NCBI RefSeq assembly: GCF_044324875.1
Contig: NZ_CP172185.1
DNA from: Escherichia coli
GTDB taxonomy: Bacteria; Pseudomonadota; Gammaproteobacteria; Enterobacterales; Enterobacteriaceae
Strand: one strand, 5' to 3'
DNA: 64,000 nt
In this document: one piece after another, positions 21,827-32,187 of the stretch
How the letters are laid out: every line of letters starts with the position of its first letter
Numbering within the stretch: position 1 is the first letter of the stretch
Translations under genes and position numbers: made by a program
The notes under the pieces: generated by a model
The model's database searches: none
Told to the model about the DNA's origin: nothing
What the model saw: only the letters and a program-made list of their open reading frames with translations

Positions 21827-23128
21827 TCAGGTGCGTTTTTTGCGACGTTCTGCAATAAAAGTAACCAGAAAAAAAGCACCAATAAGATCAAAAAATCCCA
21901 TGGCGATAAATAGCGGGTTAAAGCCTATTTTGTCAGCAGTAACGCCAATAATCAGTGAGAACAAAAAGCTGGCAATCCATGCGGCTGAACCACGCATTCC
22001 ATTAACAGTGGCCATCTGCCCCTTATCAAAAGATTCAACGACCAGGGCACTTAACATGCAGGAAATTATCTGATGACCAAAACCACCAATGGAGATAAGT
22101 ACAATAGCAATATATGGATTGTCGATAAAAGCAATCACAGCAAGCGAAACCATTAGAAATGCTCCGCTTACAGAGGACGCAATAACAGAATTTACTCTGC
22201 TTAACCCAAACAGACGGGTATAGAGTTTTGTCAGATATCCGCTGGCAATACTTCCTAAATCAGCGCAAAGAAATGGTAACCATGCAAACAGAGCTATTTG
22301 TTTAAGGTCCATGCCATATGCTTTTGCAAGATATAATGGCACCCAAAAGCTCATTACAGCCCATGCTGGCTCTGCCATAAATGCAGGGATAGCGATTCCA
22401 TAAAAGCGTTTATTTTTACTAACTGTTTTTAACGCGGTCAGAAAAGGCATTTTTACCGGAGGAGCTTCGTTATCCTGTCGGATAAAGTTGAGCTCATTTT
22501 TACTTAAGTTTGGGTGCTCTTCTGGTGTGTTATAACACGCCCACCAAAGGAAAACCCAAAGAATTGCAAGTGCACCTGTAAACATAAATGCACCCTGCCA
22601 ACCAAATGACGCATGTGCAAAGTAAATAATTGGTGGTGCAAGCATTGCACCGATAGAAAAACCGACACCCGCCCAGCCAGCAGCAACAGGACGTTCAGAT
22701 TTTGGAAACCACTCACCTATAATTTTTGCATTTGCAGGTGTCGCAGAAGCCTCAGCACCTCCCATGAAAAAACGAAGCAACGCAAGCTGTATCCAGCTTC
22801 CTGCTCCTGCATGCAGAAGACAAGCAATTCCCCATAATGAAGCACAAATCATAAATCCAATCTTGAGCCCAATAACATCAATTAGCCATCCACAAAGTGG
22901 CTGAAAAAGGGTATATGCAAGCTGAAATCCACCAACAATCCAGGAGTATTGTTCAGTTGTAATTCCAAGGCTGTCTTTTAACTCTGGTGCCAAAATACCT
23001 AATGAGTTTCTGGTAATATAATTGACAGTGACACCCATTAGAAAAAGGATTAACATCCACCACCGTAGTTGTCTTATTATTCGACGGTGTTTGCTGACAG
23101 CTATATTATTATTTATATCCTGACTCAT
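21827..23128 (-). CDS. MFS sugar/sugar-acid transporter (ExuT/ACS-like)
   Basis: Start taken at MSQDINNN (ATG complement at 23126..23128) with an upstream purine-rich SD-like sequence; 12-TM hydrophobic profile; 8 bp downstream gap to the GH31 gene. Confidence 0.7.
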   Translation of the reverse strand: MSQDINNNIAVSKHRRIIRQLRWWMLILFLMGVTVNYITRNSLGILAPELKDSLGITTEQYSWIVGGFQLAYTLFQPLCGWLIDVIGLKIGFMICASLWGIACLLHAGAGSWIQLALLRFFMGGAEASATPANAKIIGEWFPKSERPVAAGWAGVGFSIGAMLAPPIIYFAHASFGWQGAFMFTGALAILWVFLWWACYNTPEEHPNLSKNELNFIRQDNEAPPVKMPFLTALKTVSKNKRFYGIAIPAFMAEPAWAVMSFWVPLYLAKAYGMDLKQIALFAWLPFLCADLGSIASGYLTKLYTRLFGLSRVNSVIASSVSGAFLMVSLAVIAFIDNPYIAIVLISIGGFGHQIISCMLSALVVESFDKGQMATVNGMRGSAAWIASFLFSLIIGVTADKIGFNPLFIAMGFFDLIGAFFLVTFIAERRKKRT

Positions 23129-23389
23129 AATCACCCCACCGGATGTAATAAATGATCGAGCGACAACGCAGCTCGGGGTTGCCACATCCCACTTTACCTT
23201 TCGGCTTAATACTTAAACCGGAACTACTCATTCACAATAAAAGAGGGGGGCGATGAAAAAAAGTTGGTATTGTGCACGTTTTTTCATAAGTAGTTCATAT
23301 AAATTCTAAAAATAGTCAGAAGTCCTTGCAGTCAGGCTATTCCATCCCATGAGAATTTTTTCATTTTGAAATTAGAGATAGATCACAAT

Positions 23390-24460
23390 ATGGAAAAAAA
23401 ACTAAAGATTGCTGATATTGCCATGCGAACAGGCCTTTCATCCAGCACCGTGTCACGGGTTTTAGCGGGTAAAGCTAATACCAGTTATCGTGCCCGCGAG
23501 AAAGTATTGGCGTGTGCCAGAGAGCTTGGGGTTATGGATGGAATGGCATCCGGCCGTATGTTGTTAAACAACCTTGTCATTTTTGCTCCTCAACGGGCTT
23601 TTGATGAGCGAACAGACATTTTTTATTTCCGCGTAATCCAAAGCATCAGCAAGGCATTATCGCATTATGAGGTTCGGTTGCGTTACTGTGCCCTTGATGA
23701 GTTCGATAGTACACCTTCAAAATTCCTGGCGCGCATGAATGAGGCAGAAACACAGGCTGCAATATTGCTTGGTATTGATGATCCTCATATACATGATCTT
23801 GCAGCAGATTTTTCTAAGCCGTGCGTAATGATTAACTGCCATGATCGACGTATGCGTCTTCCCACAGTTGCTCCAGATCACAAAAACATTGGTGCTTTTG
23901 CGTCTCACTTTCTGTTTGAAATGGGGCATCGCAGAGTAATGAACATTATGTGTTTACGTCGATACACAATGGAACTGCGACTTGCCGGAATTAAAGAAGC
24001 ATGGGAGAGACAGAATCAGAACTTTAAAGATGACAGAGATTTACTCACTATTAATAGTTTCAGCGCCAAAGAAGCCGAAGAAAAAGTCGGAGCATGGCTG
24101 GATATGACAGAGAAAAGTATGCTACCGACTGCTTTTTTGGCAAGTGGGGACTTCATTGCTGCAGGTATAATTAACGCTTTAAAAAAACGTAATATACGAG
24201 TGCCACAAGATGTGTCCGTAATGAGTATTGATGGGTTTAATCTGGCTGCAATAGAAGATGTGCCACTTACGGCAGTACATGTACCTCGCGATGAACTGGG
24301 TACTGAAGCGGTACATATGTTACAACAAAGACTTGTACGTCCTGATGCAACTGTTGGTGCATTACTTTTGTATGGGAAACTGGTAATACGAGAATCTGTT
24401 CGCCGTATACGGCCAGGGAAAGAGCCAACTCCGATTAAAGGAGATGGACTGTATGACTGA
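23390..24460 (+). CDS. LacI/GalR-family transcriptional regulator, divergent from the MFS/GH31 operon
   Basis: N-terminal HTH LKIADIAMRTGLSSSTVSRVLAGK; periplasmic-binding-protein-like sugar-binding domain; start chosen at MEKKLK. Confidence 0.75.
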   Translation: MEKKLKIADIAMRTGLSSSTVSRVLAGKANTSYRAREKVLACARELGVMDGMASGRMLLNNLVIFAPQRAFDERTDIFYFRVIQSISKALSHYEVRLRYCALDEFDSTPSKFLARMNEAETQAAILLGIDDPHIHDLAADFSKPCVMINCHDRRMRLPTVAPDHKNIGAFASHFLFEMGHRRVMNIMCLRRYTMELRLAGIKEAWERQNQNFKDDRDLLTINSFSAKEAEEKVGAWLDMTEKSMLPTAFLASGDFIAAGIINALKKRNIRVPQDVSVMSIDGFNLAAIEDVPLTAVHVPRDELGTEAVHMLQQRLVRPDATVGALLLYGKLVIRESVRRIRPGKEPTPIKGDGLYD

Positions 24461-24857
24461 AACCACAGCCTCTGATTCTTCCGGTCAAGGGAAAATAAGC
24501 GTAATGTTCATCACCAGATTATGTACGATGAGTTTTCCACTGTTTATAGCAATTATCTTGCTAATAACCAGACAGGAGTAACCAGACCAACCGAAAACAC
24601 CGGGAAGGTGATTACCCGCTGGCAGAGGAAATCCGGTTTTTTTTGATGTCAGCCATAACGTGTTTGACAATAAAGCATTATGAAAGGGTGTTAATGAGTC
24701 CATGGGATAATTCATAAAAATAATTTACTGTGTTATCCTTTTCAAAAGAAATATTCAGAAGATAACCCCTGGCTGACAACCAGGGGAAGGGGACATTAAC
24801 AGTGTTATTATTGGTGGATAAATTATTACTTGTGTGCAGGATACACTAATGCAATAT

Positions 24858-25901
24858 CTACTGATACTGTATGCCAGTATGTTTCATGCCTGCCGCTGAA
24901 AACGGCAATATCCAGGGCCAGACATATTCACCATTCATATTTCTGCATTTCTGTACAATTTTTTCAGAAAGCGTCTCATCAATTCTTTCACGCAACTTCT
25001 CCTGCTGTCTTAAAATACTTTCGCATATTTCGAAATCACCTTCCTGCATCAGCATTTCGGCGCATTTAATGATTTCTGCCCGTTCATGCAGCACAGAGGA
25101 ATGATTATAGAGCCAGTTTACAAACAGCAATGCTTCCGGATATTGTCCCCATAATGGTGAGTATGTTGCATAGTAATCTTCTGCCGTATCCAGAGAGCCG
25201 GAGAAGTCATGCCACACAGCAAGTGGAAATGGATGCAGATTTCCGCACAGCATTTCTGCGATGTAAGTGTTTGTGGCAAAGCCATGGCGAAAATCTGTGG
25301 CGGCCTTAACATGTTCCCCGTTCAGAAAATGCAGGAGACCGAGTTCATACCAGTAAGGTGAAAATTCATCAGCATGCTCTTTCAGTACACTGAAGGCTCG
25401 CTCATGATCGCCGGTGCGTAACAGCTCTGAACCCAACAACCAGCGAGCCCCCTGATTATCTTCAGGATTGTATGCCAGTATTTTATCAGTGAGCATAACC
25501 GCATCCTGATGGCGCTGTAAGTGCACATTTGCGAGAATTGCTGCATAAAGCGCGCGCAGATAAGGCCGGTTTTCGGGATGCATCCAGATTATTTCACCAC
25601 AGAAACTTTCCGGGATGATACGATTACCTGCCGCCAGTCCTTTAAGAGCGGCGTTCAGTGCCTTACGCGGGGCATTCTGTTCCAGAAATGCATATGCCAG
25701 ATGAGCGTGTATATCAATAAAATCCGGCTCCCGTTGAGCAAGGCGTCGGAGTTTGTTGATGTAACTCGTCTCGCTGATTTCATCAGCGTCGTATGCATCA
25801 AGCACTTCTTCAAACTCCCCCAGCAATGGGCCAAACCAGGTATCCGGAAATACGAAATAACCCTGGTTATCGTGCACTTCAAAGCATAATCTATCGTTCA
25901 T
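24858..25901 (-). CDS. Hypothetical protein, helical repeat (TPR-like) architecture, function unknown
   Basis: 347-aa ORF, AT-rich; sequence is mostly helical-repeat-like with no catalytic motif I recognise. Confidence 0.5.
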   Translation of the reverse strand: MNDRLCFEVHDNQGYFVFPDTWFGPLLGEFEEVLDAYDADEISETSYINKLRRLAQREPDFIDIHAHLAYAFLEQNAPRKALNAALKGLAAGNRIIPESFCGEIIWMHPENRPYLRALYAAILANVHLQRHQDAVMLTDKILAYNPEDNQGARWLLGSELLRTGDHERAFSVLKEHADEFSPYWYELGLLHFLNGEHVKAATDFRHGFATNTYIAEMLCGNLHPFPLAVWHDFSGSLDTAEDYYATYSPLWGQYPEALLFVNWLYNHSSVLHERAEIIKCAEMLMQEGDFEICESILRQQEKLRERIDETLSEKIVQKCRNMNGEYVWPWILPFSAAGMKHTGIQYQ

Positions 25902-26311
25902 TTTCTGAGCCTGTAAAACATGTGGTGATATAGTCTGAGAGCATAAAAGTTGAGATTCTGTGTATCAAGTCCTGTCTTGGCACTGAATGAATATTGCTTA
26001 CAAAGCCCCTTCATGCTTTCCTTGAGAACAATAATTTTATCTTTATGTGAATCTCATTTTTTATAATGATGTCAGATGATTGAAATGCTAAATTATATCT
26101 GAATCAACTTTTCCTTTGCTAAAGGTATCGAAATAACTGCAAGGCTGTATTTTGTAATTGCCAATTTTAAAATGTCAATTTGCTTTTAATTATGTTTTTG
26201 TAATAAGTTTGAAGACGCAAAAAATAATATAATAACAAAAATCCTCCAGCCTTGTAGGCCAGAGGATAAAATACTTAATTGAGGAAAACATCAGGGAAAA
26301 GTATTTTTGAC

Positions 26312-27496
26312 TTAACTTTCCCGGCTGGAGAGTGAATCAATGTAATCAGCGTACCATTGCATCATTTCACGGCGGCCATCGAGATACAGGGCATGATTAT
26401 AGGTACCCCTGATGGAATTTTTATCCACATGAGCTAACTGCATTTCAATCCAGGCGGAATTAAAGCCTTGTTCATGCAGAATTGTACTCATGGTGTGTCT
26501 GAAACCGTGCCCTGTGAGTCTTCCCTTATATCCAAGTAATTCAATTACTTGGTTAATGCTTTCCTTACTAATTGGTTTGCGGGGATCATTTCTACCGATA
26601 AAGACTAGGGGATGATGTTTTGAGATTGGTTCAAGCTGCTTAAATAGCATAATGACCTGCTCAGAGAGCGGCACAATATGAGGTCGCTTCATCTTCATTA
26701 CTTCTGCCGGGATCTCCCACAATTTTGTCTCAAAATCGATATCTTCCCAGCGTGCAAAACGCAGTTCTTGTGTTCGTACGCCGGTTAACATAATGATCTG
26801 AGTAGCTGTCTTAGTGATTATACTTCCGGTATAACCCGCCAGATCGTTGAGGAAGTGGGGAAGTTCATTAGCAGTAAGAAAGGGAAAATGTACTTTTTTC
26901 GGTGTAGCTAAAGCACTGGCAAGATCGGGGGCTGGGTTATAGTCTGCCCGGCCAGTAACAATTGCATAGCGGAACACCTCACCACAGCGCTGGCGGACCT
27001 TGCGCATTTTCTCCAGAGCTCCACGTTTTTCCATTTTACGCAGTGCTTCCAGTAACTCCATTGGTTTGATTTCGGCAATAGGGCGCTTGCCAATGTAGGG
27101 AAAAATGTCTTTTTCAAAGGTATCAATGATTTCATCACGATAGCGTAATGACCACCGATCGGCTTTTGACTGGTGCCATTCGCGAGCAATAGCCTCGAAC
27201 GTATTTTGCAGACTCATTTGCTGCGCGATTTTTTCTTCCTTTTTTGCCTCCCCTGGATCGCCTCCAGCAGCGAGGAGTTTCCTGGCTTCACTGCGTTTCT
27301 CGCGAGCATCGGCTAGCGTTACATCGGGGTATACGCCAATAGAAAGCATCTTTTCTTTACCAGCAAAGCGGTACTTCATGCGCCAGTATTTAGAACCATT
27401 AGTGTTAATCAGTAGATACATACCGCCGCCATCAGCAAGCTTATAGGGTTTGTCTTTGGGTTTTGCGGTTTTCACTTTGATATCGGTTAATGCCAT
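26312..27496 (-). CDS. int: P4-type tyrosine integrase (island integrase)
   Basis: 394 aa; N-terminal MALTDIKVKTAKPKDKPYKLADGGGMYLLI... typical of P4-family integrases; C-terminal catalytic region with H-x-x-R and Tyr; about 300 bp from the tRNA-Sec 3' end. Confidence 0.9.
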   Translation of the reverse strand: MALTDIKVKTAKPKDKPYKLADGGGMYLLINTNGSKYWRMKYRFAGKEKMLSIGVYPDVTLADAREKRSEARKLLAAGGDPGEAKKEEKIAQQMSLQNTFEAIAREWHQSKADRWSLRYRDEIIDTFEKDIFPYIGKRPIAEIKPMELLEALRKMEKRGALEKMRKVRQRCGEVFRYAIVTGRADYNPAPDLASALATPKKVHFPFLTANELPHFLNDLAGYTGSIITKTATQIIMLTGVRTQELRFARWEDIDFETKLWEIPAEVMKMKRPHIVPLSEQVIMLFKQLEPISKHHPLVFIGRNDPRKPISKESINQVIELLGYKGRLTGHGFRHTMSTILHEQGFNSAWIEMQLAHVDKNSIRGTYNHALYLDGRREMMQWYADYIDSLSSRES

Positions 27497-27795
27497 GACA
27501 TCCTCCGGCTTTTGATGAATTCATGTTCCTGAGGGGGATTTCTGCCAGTAACTAACCTGATACCCCCAATACACCCCTTGTATAACAAAGATGTTGTTAA
27601 AAGCCGTTGTTATATATCATATTTTTCCTATTATGGGGGTGCTGGTATTTCAATAGGAAATAACACCCCCTAAAGTACCCCCAAAAGAAACTTGATACGG
27701 GGTGAAGTAGGTTGACCTCTGGATACAAATAAATACTGATATACAAGGGATTAGAAGAGATTTATTGACATTGGGAGAGTTCAGAAGAGGTAAAC

Positions 27796-27890
27796 TGGCG
27801 GAAGATCACAGGAGTCGAACCTGCCCGGGACCGCTGGCGGCCCCAACTGGATTTGAAGTCCAGCCGCCTCACCGGAGACGACGATCTTCC
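27796..27890 (-). tRNA. selC: tRNA-Sec (selenocysteine), anticodon UCA
   Basis: Minus-strand sequence GGAAGATCGTCGTCTCCGGTGAGGCGGCTGGACTTCAAATCCAGTTGGGGCCGCCAGCGGTCCCGGGCAGGTTCGACTCCTGTGATCTTCCGCCA matches E. coli selC; long variable arm. Confidence 0.95.
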
Positions 27891-28182
27891 GCGCCTCGAT
27901 TGCTACATGGAGGCGGGGCGCATTATAGCTACTTCCTTGAGTTTCTACATCCCCCAGATCAGTTTTTTCCGCCTAATACACGCAGCGTATTATCACGGAA
28001 GCATTATAATTCATATAAAACCCATATTTTACAATGATATATGAGCGGAATTAACGCTACCACGATCACATAAAACAAGAATCATAAATTAATAACCAGA
28101 TATCGGAATATTCGCTCTCACAGGGATGGTTTACAAAATGCGTTATCGGTCTCAGCACCCCTATAGCATCAAGGAAAAGCAG

Positions 28183-29565
28183 ATGAAGAGTGAAGTGTTG
28201 TCCGTTAAAGAGAAAATTGGTTATGGCATGGGAGACGCCGCCAGCCACATTATTTTCGATAACGTAATGTTATATATGATGTTCTTTTATACCGATATTT
28301 TTGGCATTCCTGCCGGATTTGTCGGAACTATGTTTTTGGTCGCTCGTGCACTGGATGCGATTTCCGATCCTTGCATGGGGTTGTTGGCCGATCGAGCGCG
28401 CTCTCGCTGGGGTAAATTTCGTCCGTGGGTACTGTTTGGCGCACTGCCATTTGGGATCGTCTGTGTACTGGCCTATAGCACGCCAGATCTCAGTATGAAC
28501 GGAAAAATGATTTATGCAGCAATTACTTACACCCTACTTACCTTACTTTATACCATCGTTAATATCCCTTACTGCGCATTGGGTGGTGTAATCACCAATG
28601 ACCCGACTCAGCGTATCTCGCTGCAATCCTGGCGTTTTGTGCTGGCGACCGCGGGAGGCATGCTCTCTACTGTGCTGATGATGCCGCTGGTTAATTTAAT
28701 TGGTGGTGATAATAAACCACTCGGTTTCCAGGGCGGTATCGCGGTCCTTTCCGTGGTGGCATTCATGATGCTGGCATTTTGTTTCTTTACCACTAAAGAA
28801 CGCGTTGAAGCACCACCTACAACGACGTCTATGCGGGAAGATTTACGTGATATCTGGCAAAACGATCAGTGGCGGATTGTCGGTTTACTGACCATTTTCA
28901 ATATTCTGGCGGTGTGCGTACGCGGCGGGGCGATGATGTATTACGTCACATGGATTTTGGGTACGCCGGAAGTGTTTGTCGCTTTTCTTACCACTTATTG
29001 CGTGGGTAACCTGATTGGTTCCGCACTGGCGAAACCGCTGACCGACTGGAAATGTAAAGTCACTATCTTCTGGTGGACGAACGCCCTGCTGGCAGTGATT
29101 AGCCTCGCGATGTTCTTTGTTCCTATGCAGGCCAGCATCACTATGTTTGTCTTCATCTTCGTGATTGGTGTGTTGCATCAACTGGTGACACCTATCCAGT
29201 GGGTAATGATGTCCGATACCGTCGACTACGGCGAGTGGTGCAATGGTAAACGCCTGACCGGGATCAGTTTTGCTGGCACGCTGTTTGTGCTCAAGCTGGG
29301 GTTGGCCTTCGGCGGCGCTCTTATCGGCTGGATGCTGGCTTATGGCGGATATGATGCGGCAGAAAAAGCGCAGAACAGCGCCACGATTAGCATCATTATC
29401 GCGCTATTCACGATTGTTCCGGCGATCTGTTATTTGCTGAGCGCGATTATCGCTAAACGCTACTACTCACTCACGACGCACAATCTGAAAACCGTTATGG
29501 AACAGCTGGCTCAGGGCAAACGCCGTTGCCAGCAACAATTCACCTCTCAAAATGTGCAGAACTAA
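28183..29565 (+). CDS. yicJ: GPH-family (glycoside-pentoside-hexuronide) cation symporter YicJ
   Basis: 460 aa from MKSEVLSVKEKIGYGMGDAASH...; matches E. coli YicJ from memory. Confidence 0.9.
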   Translation: MKSEVLSVKEKIGYGMGDAASHIIFDNVMLYMMFFYTDIFGIPAGFVGTMFLVARALDAISDPCMGLLADRARSRWGKFRPWVLFGALPFGIVCVLAYSTPDLSMNGKMIYAAITYTLLTLLYTIVNIPYCALGGVITNDPTQRISLQSWRFVLATAGGMLSTVLMMPLVNLIGGDNKPLGFQGGIAVLSVVAFMMLAFCFFTTKERVEAPPTTTSMREDLRDIWQNDQWRIVGLLTIFNILAVCVRGGAMMYYVTWILGTPEVFVAFLTTYCVGNLIGSALAKPLTDWKCKVTIFWWTNALLAVISLAMFFVPMQASITMFVFIFVIGVLHQLVTPIQWVMMSDTVDYGEWCNGKRLTGISFAGTLFVLKLGLAFGGALIGWMLAYGGYDAAEKAQNSATISIIIALFTIVPAICYLLSAIIAKRYYSLTTHNLKTVMEQLAQGKRRCQQQFTSQNVQN

Positions 29566-29574
29566 GGAACGGCA

Positions 29575-31893
29575 ATGAAAATTAGCGACGGAAACTGGTT
29601 GATTCAACCTGGCCTCAATTTGATTCACCCGCTTCAGGTGTTCGAGGTTGAACAGCAGGGTAATGAAATGGTGGTCTATGCTGCCCCTCGTGATGTGCGT
29701 GAACGTACCTGGCAGCTTGATACGCCTTTATTTACGCTGCGCTTTTTCTCCCCACAGGAAGGTATTGTCGGTGTACGGATTGAGCATTTTCAGGGGGCGC
29801 TGAATAACGGTCCTCATTACCCGCTCAATATTTTGCAGGACGTGAAGGTCACAATCGAAAACACAGAACGTTACGCTGAGTTTAAAAGTGGCAACTTAAG
29901 TGCGCGTGTCAGCAAAGGTGAGTTCTGGTCACTGGATTTTCTGCGTAACGGCGAACGTATTACCGGTAGTCAGGTGAAAAATAATGGCTACGTGCAGGAC
30001 ACGAATAATCAACGAAATTATATGTTTGAGCGGCTGGATCTTGGCGTTGGCGAAACAGTTTACGGTCTGGGAGAGCGCTTTACTGCGCTGGTGCGCAATG
30101 GCCAGACGGTAGAGACCTGGAACCGGGACGGCGGCACAAGTACTGAACAGGCGTATAAAAATATCCCGTTCTATATGACTAACCGTGGCTATGGGGTACT
30201 GGTCAATCATCCTCAATGCGTCTCTTTTGAAGTGGGATCGGAGAAAGTCTCCAAAGTGCAGTTCAGCGTTGAGAGTGAATATCTCGAATACTTTGTTATC
30301 GACGGCCCGACGCCGAAAGCGGTACTTGATCGTTATACCCGTTTTACTGGTCGTCCGGCGCTGCCGCCCGCGTGGTCCTTCGGCCTGTGGCTAACCACTT
30401 CATTTACCACCAACTACGACGAAGCGACGGTAAACAGTTTTATCGATGGTATGGCGGAACGCAATCTGCCACTGCATGTTTTCCACTTTGACTGTTTCTG
30501 GATGAAAGCCTTCCAGTGGTGCGATTTTGAGTGGGACCCGCTGACTTTCCCGGACCCGGAAGGGATGATCCGCCGCCTGAAAGCGAAAGGGCTAAAAATC
30601 TGCGTCTGGATTAACCCCTATATCGGGCAAAAATCCCCTGTCTTTAAAGAGTTACAAGAGAAAGGCTATTTACTCAAACGCCCGGACGGTTCGTTATGGC
30701 AGTGGGATAAATGGCAGCCAGGTCTGGCGATTTATGACTTTACCAATCCGGATGCCTGCAAATGGTACGCCGACAAACTGAAAGGTCTGGTCGCGATGGG
30801 CGTTGATTGCTTTAAGACCGACTTTGGCGAACGTATTCCAACCGATGTTCAGTGGTTTGACGGTTCCGATCCGCAGAAAATGCATAACCATTATGCGTAC
30901 ATCTACAACGAACTGGTGTGGAAAGTGCTCAAGGAAACCGTTGGCGAGGAAGAAGCCGTCTTGTTTGCTCGCTCGGCCTCCGTTGGTGCGCAGAAATTCC
31001 CGGTACACTGGGGTGGTGACTGTTACGCTAACTACGAATCAATGGCGGAAAGCCTGCGCGGTGGTTTGTCTATTGGCCTTTCAGGTTTTGGTTTCTGGAG
31101 CCACGATATCGGCGGCTTTGAGAATACCGCGCCGGCGCACGTTTACAAACGCTGGTGCGCGTTTGGTTTGCTCTCCAGCCATAGCCGTTTACACGGCAGC
31201 AAATCTTATCGTGTGCCGTGGGCCTACGATGATGAGTCCTGTGATGTGGTGCGCTTCTTCACGCAACTGAAATGCCGCATGATGCCGTATCTGTATCGTG
31301 AAGCTGCTCGTGCGAACGCGCGGGGTACGCCGATGATGCGGGCCATGATGATGGAGTTTCCGGACGATCCGGCTTGTGATTACCTTGACCGTCAATACAT
31401 GTTAGGCGACAACGTGATGGTTGCGCCTGTGTTCACTGAATCGGGCGATGTGCAGTTCTACTTGCCTGAAGGTCGCTGGACACACCTGTGGCACAACGAT
31501 GAACTCGATGGTAGTCGCTGGCATAAACAGCAGCACAGCTTCCTGAGTCTGCCCGTTTATGTGCGTGATAACACCCTACTGGCGCTGGGCAACAACGAGC
31601 AACGTCCCGATTACGCGTGGCACGAAGGCACGGCATTCCAGCTCTTTAATCTACAAGACGGGCATGAAGCCATCTGTGAAGTGCCCGCTGCTGACGGTTC
31701 CGTTCTTTTCACCCTGAAAGCGGCGCGTACTGGCAACACGATTACTGTGACTGGTGCGGGCGAGGCGAAGAACTGGACACTGTGCTTGCGCAATATTGTG
31801 AAAGTAAATGGTCTGCAAGGTGGTTCGCAGGCTGAAAGTGAGCAGGGACTGGTGGTGACTCCTCAAGGGAATGCGCTGACAATTACGTTGTAA
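29575..31893 (+). CDS. yicI: Alpha-xylosidase YicI (GH31)
   Basis: 772 aa; GH31 motifs ([14 protein letters not shown]); matches E. coli YicI. Confidence 0.9.
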   Translation: MKISDGNWLIQPGLNLIHPLQVFEVEQQGNEMVVYAAPRDVRERTWQLDTPLFTLRFFSPQEGIVGVRIEHFQGALNNGPHYPLNILQDVKVTIENTERYAEFKSGNLSARVSKGEFWSLDFLRNGERITGSQVKNNGYVQDTNNQRNYMFERLDLGVGETVYGLGERFTALVRNGQTVETWNRDGGTSTEQAYKNIPFYMTNRGYGVLVNHPQCVSFEVGSEKVSKVQFSVESEYLEYFVIDGPTPKAVLDRYTRFTGRPALPPAWSFGLWLTTSFTTNYDEATVNSFIDGMAERNLPLHVFHFDCFWMKAFQWCDFEWDPLTFPDPEGMIRRLKAKGLKICVWINPYIGQKSPVFKELQEKGYLLKRPDGSLWQWDKWQPGLAIYDFTNPDACKWYADKLKGLVAMGVDCFKTDFGERIPTDVQWFDGSDPQKMHNHYAYIYNELVWKVLKETVGEEEAVLFARSASVGAQKFPVHWGGDCYANYESMAESLRGGLSIGLSGFGFWSHDIGGFENTAPAHVYKRWCAFGLLSSHSRLHGSKSYRVPWAYDDESCDVVRFFTQLKCRMMPYLYREAARANARGTPMMRAMMMEFPDDPACDYLDRQYMLGDNVMVAPVFTESGDVQFYLPEGRWTHLWHNDELDGSRWHKQQHSFLSLPVYVRDNTLLALGNNEQRPDYAWHEGTAFQLFNLQDGHEAICEVPAADGSVLFTLKAARTGNTITVTGAGEAKNWTLCLRNIVKVNGLQGGSQAESEQGLVVTPQGNALTITL

Positions 31894-32187
31894 TCTATTG
31901 AAGAATGCCGGATACGAATGGTTTTGTGTCGTATCCGGTAAATAATCTCACATCTGGTAATAAATATTTCTTCCATCGTATTTGCGAGCATGATCACGAT
32001 TATTCATCACGAAAATGTGATCTGTGCCGAAAAATATCTATTAACCGCCCCGTTTTGTTTTATACATGTCCGGACTACGGACAGATTTTAGTATTGTTGT
32101 GAAATTATTCTGCTTTATATTTACCCTCAGAGATGGCAACTGAAGCTCTTCCACATGGGGCTTCTTAATCTGTGATAAGGGTAAAAA

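Noticed and set aside
30185-31866. Multiple 60-155-aa ORFs
   Set aside because: Internal or antisense to yicI.
31911-31941. Hairpin CCGGATACG...CGTATCCGG after yicI
   Set aside because: No following T-run; may be a REP-type palindrome rather than an intrinsic terminator.
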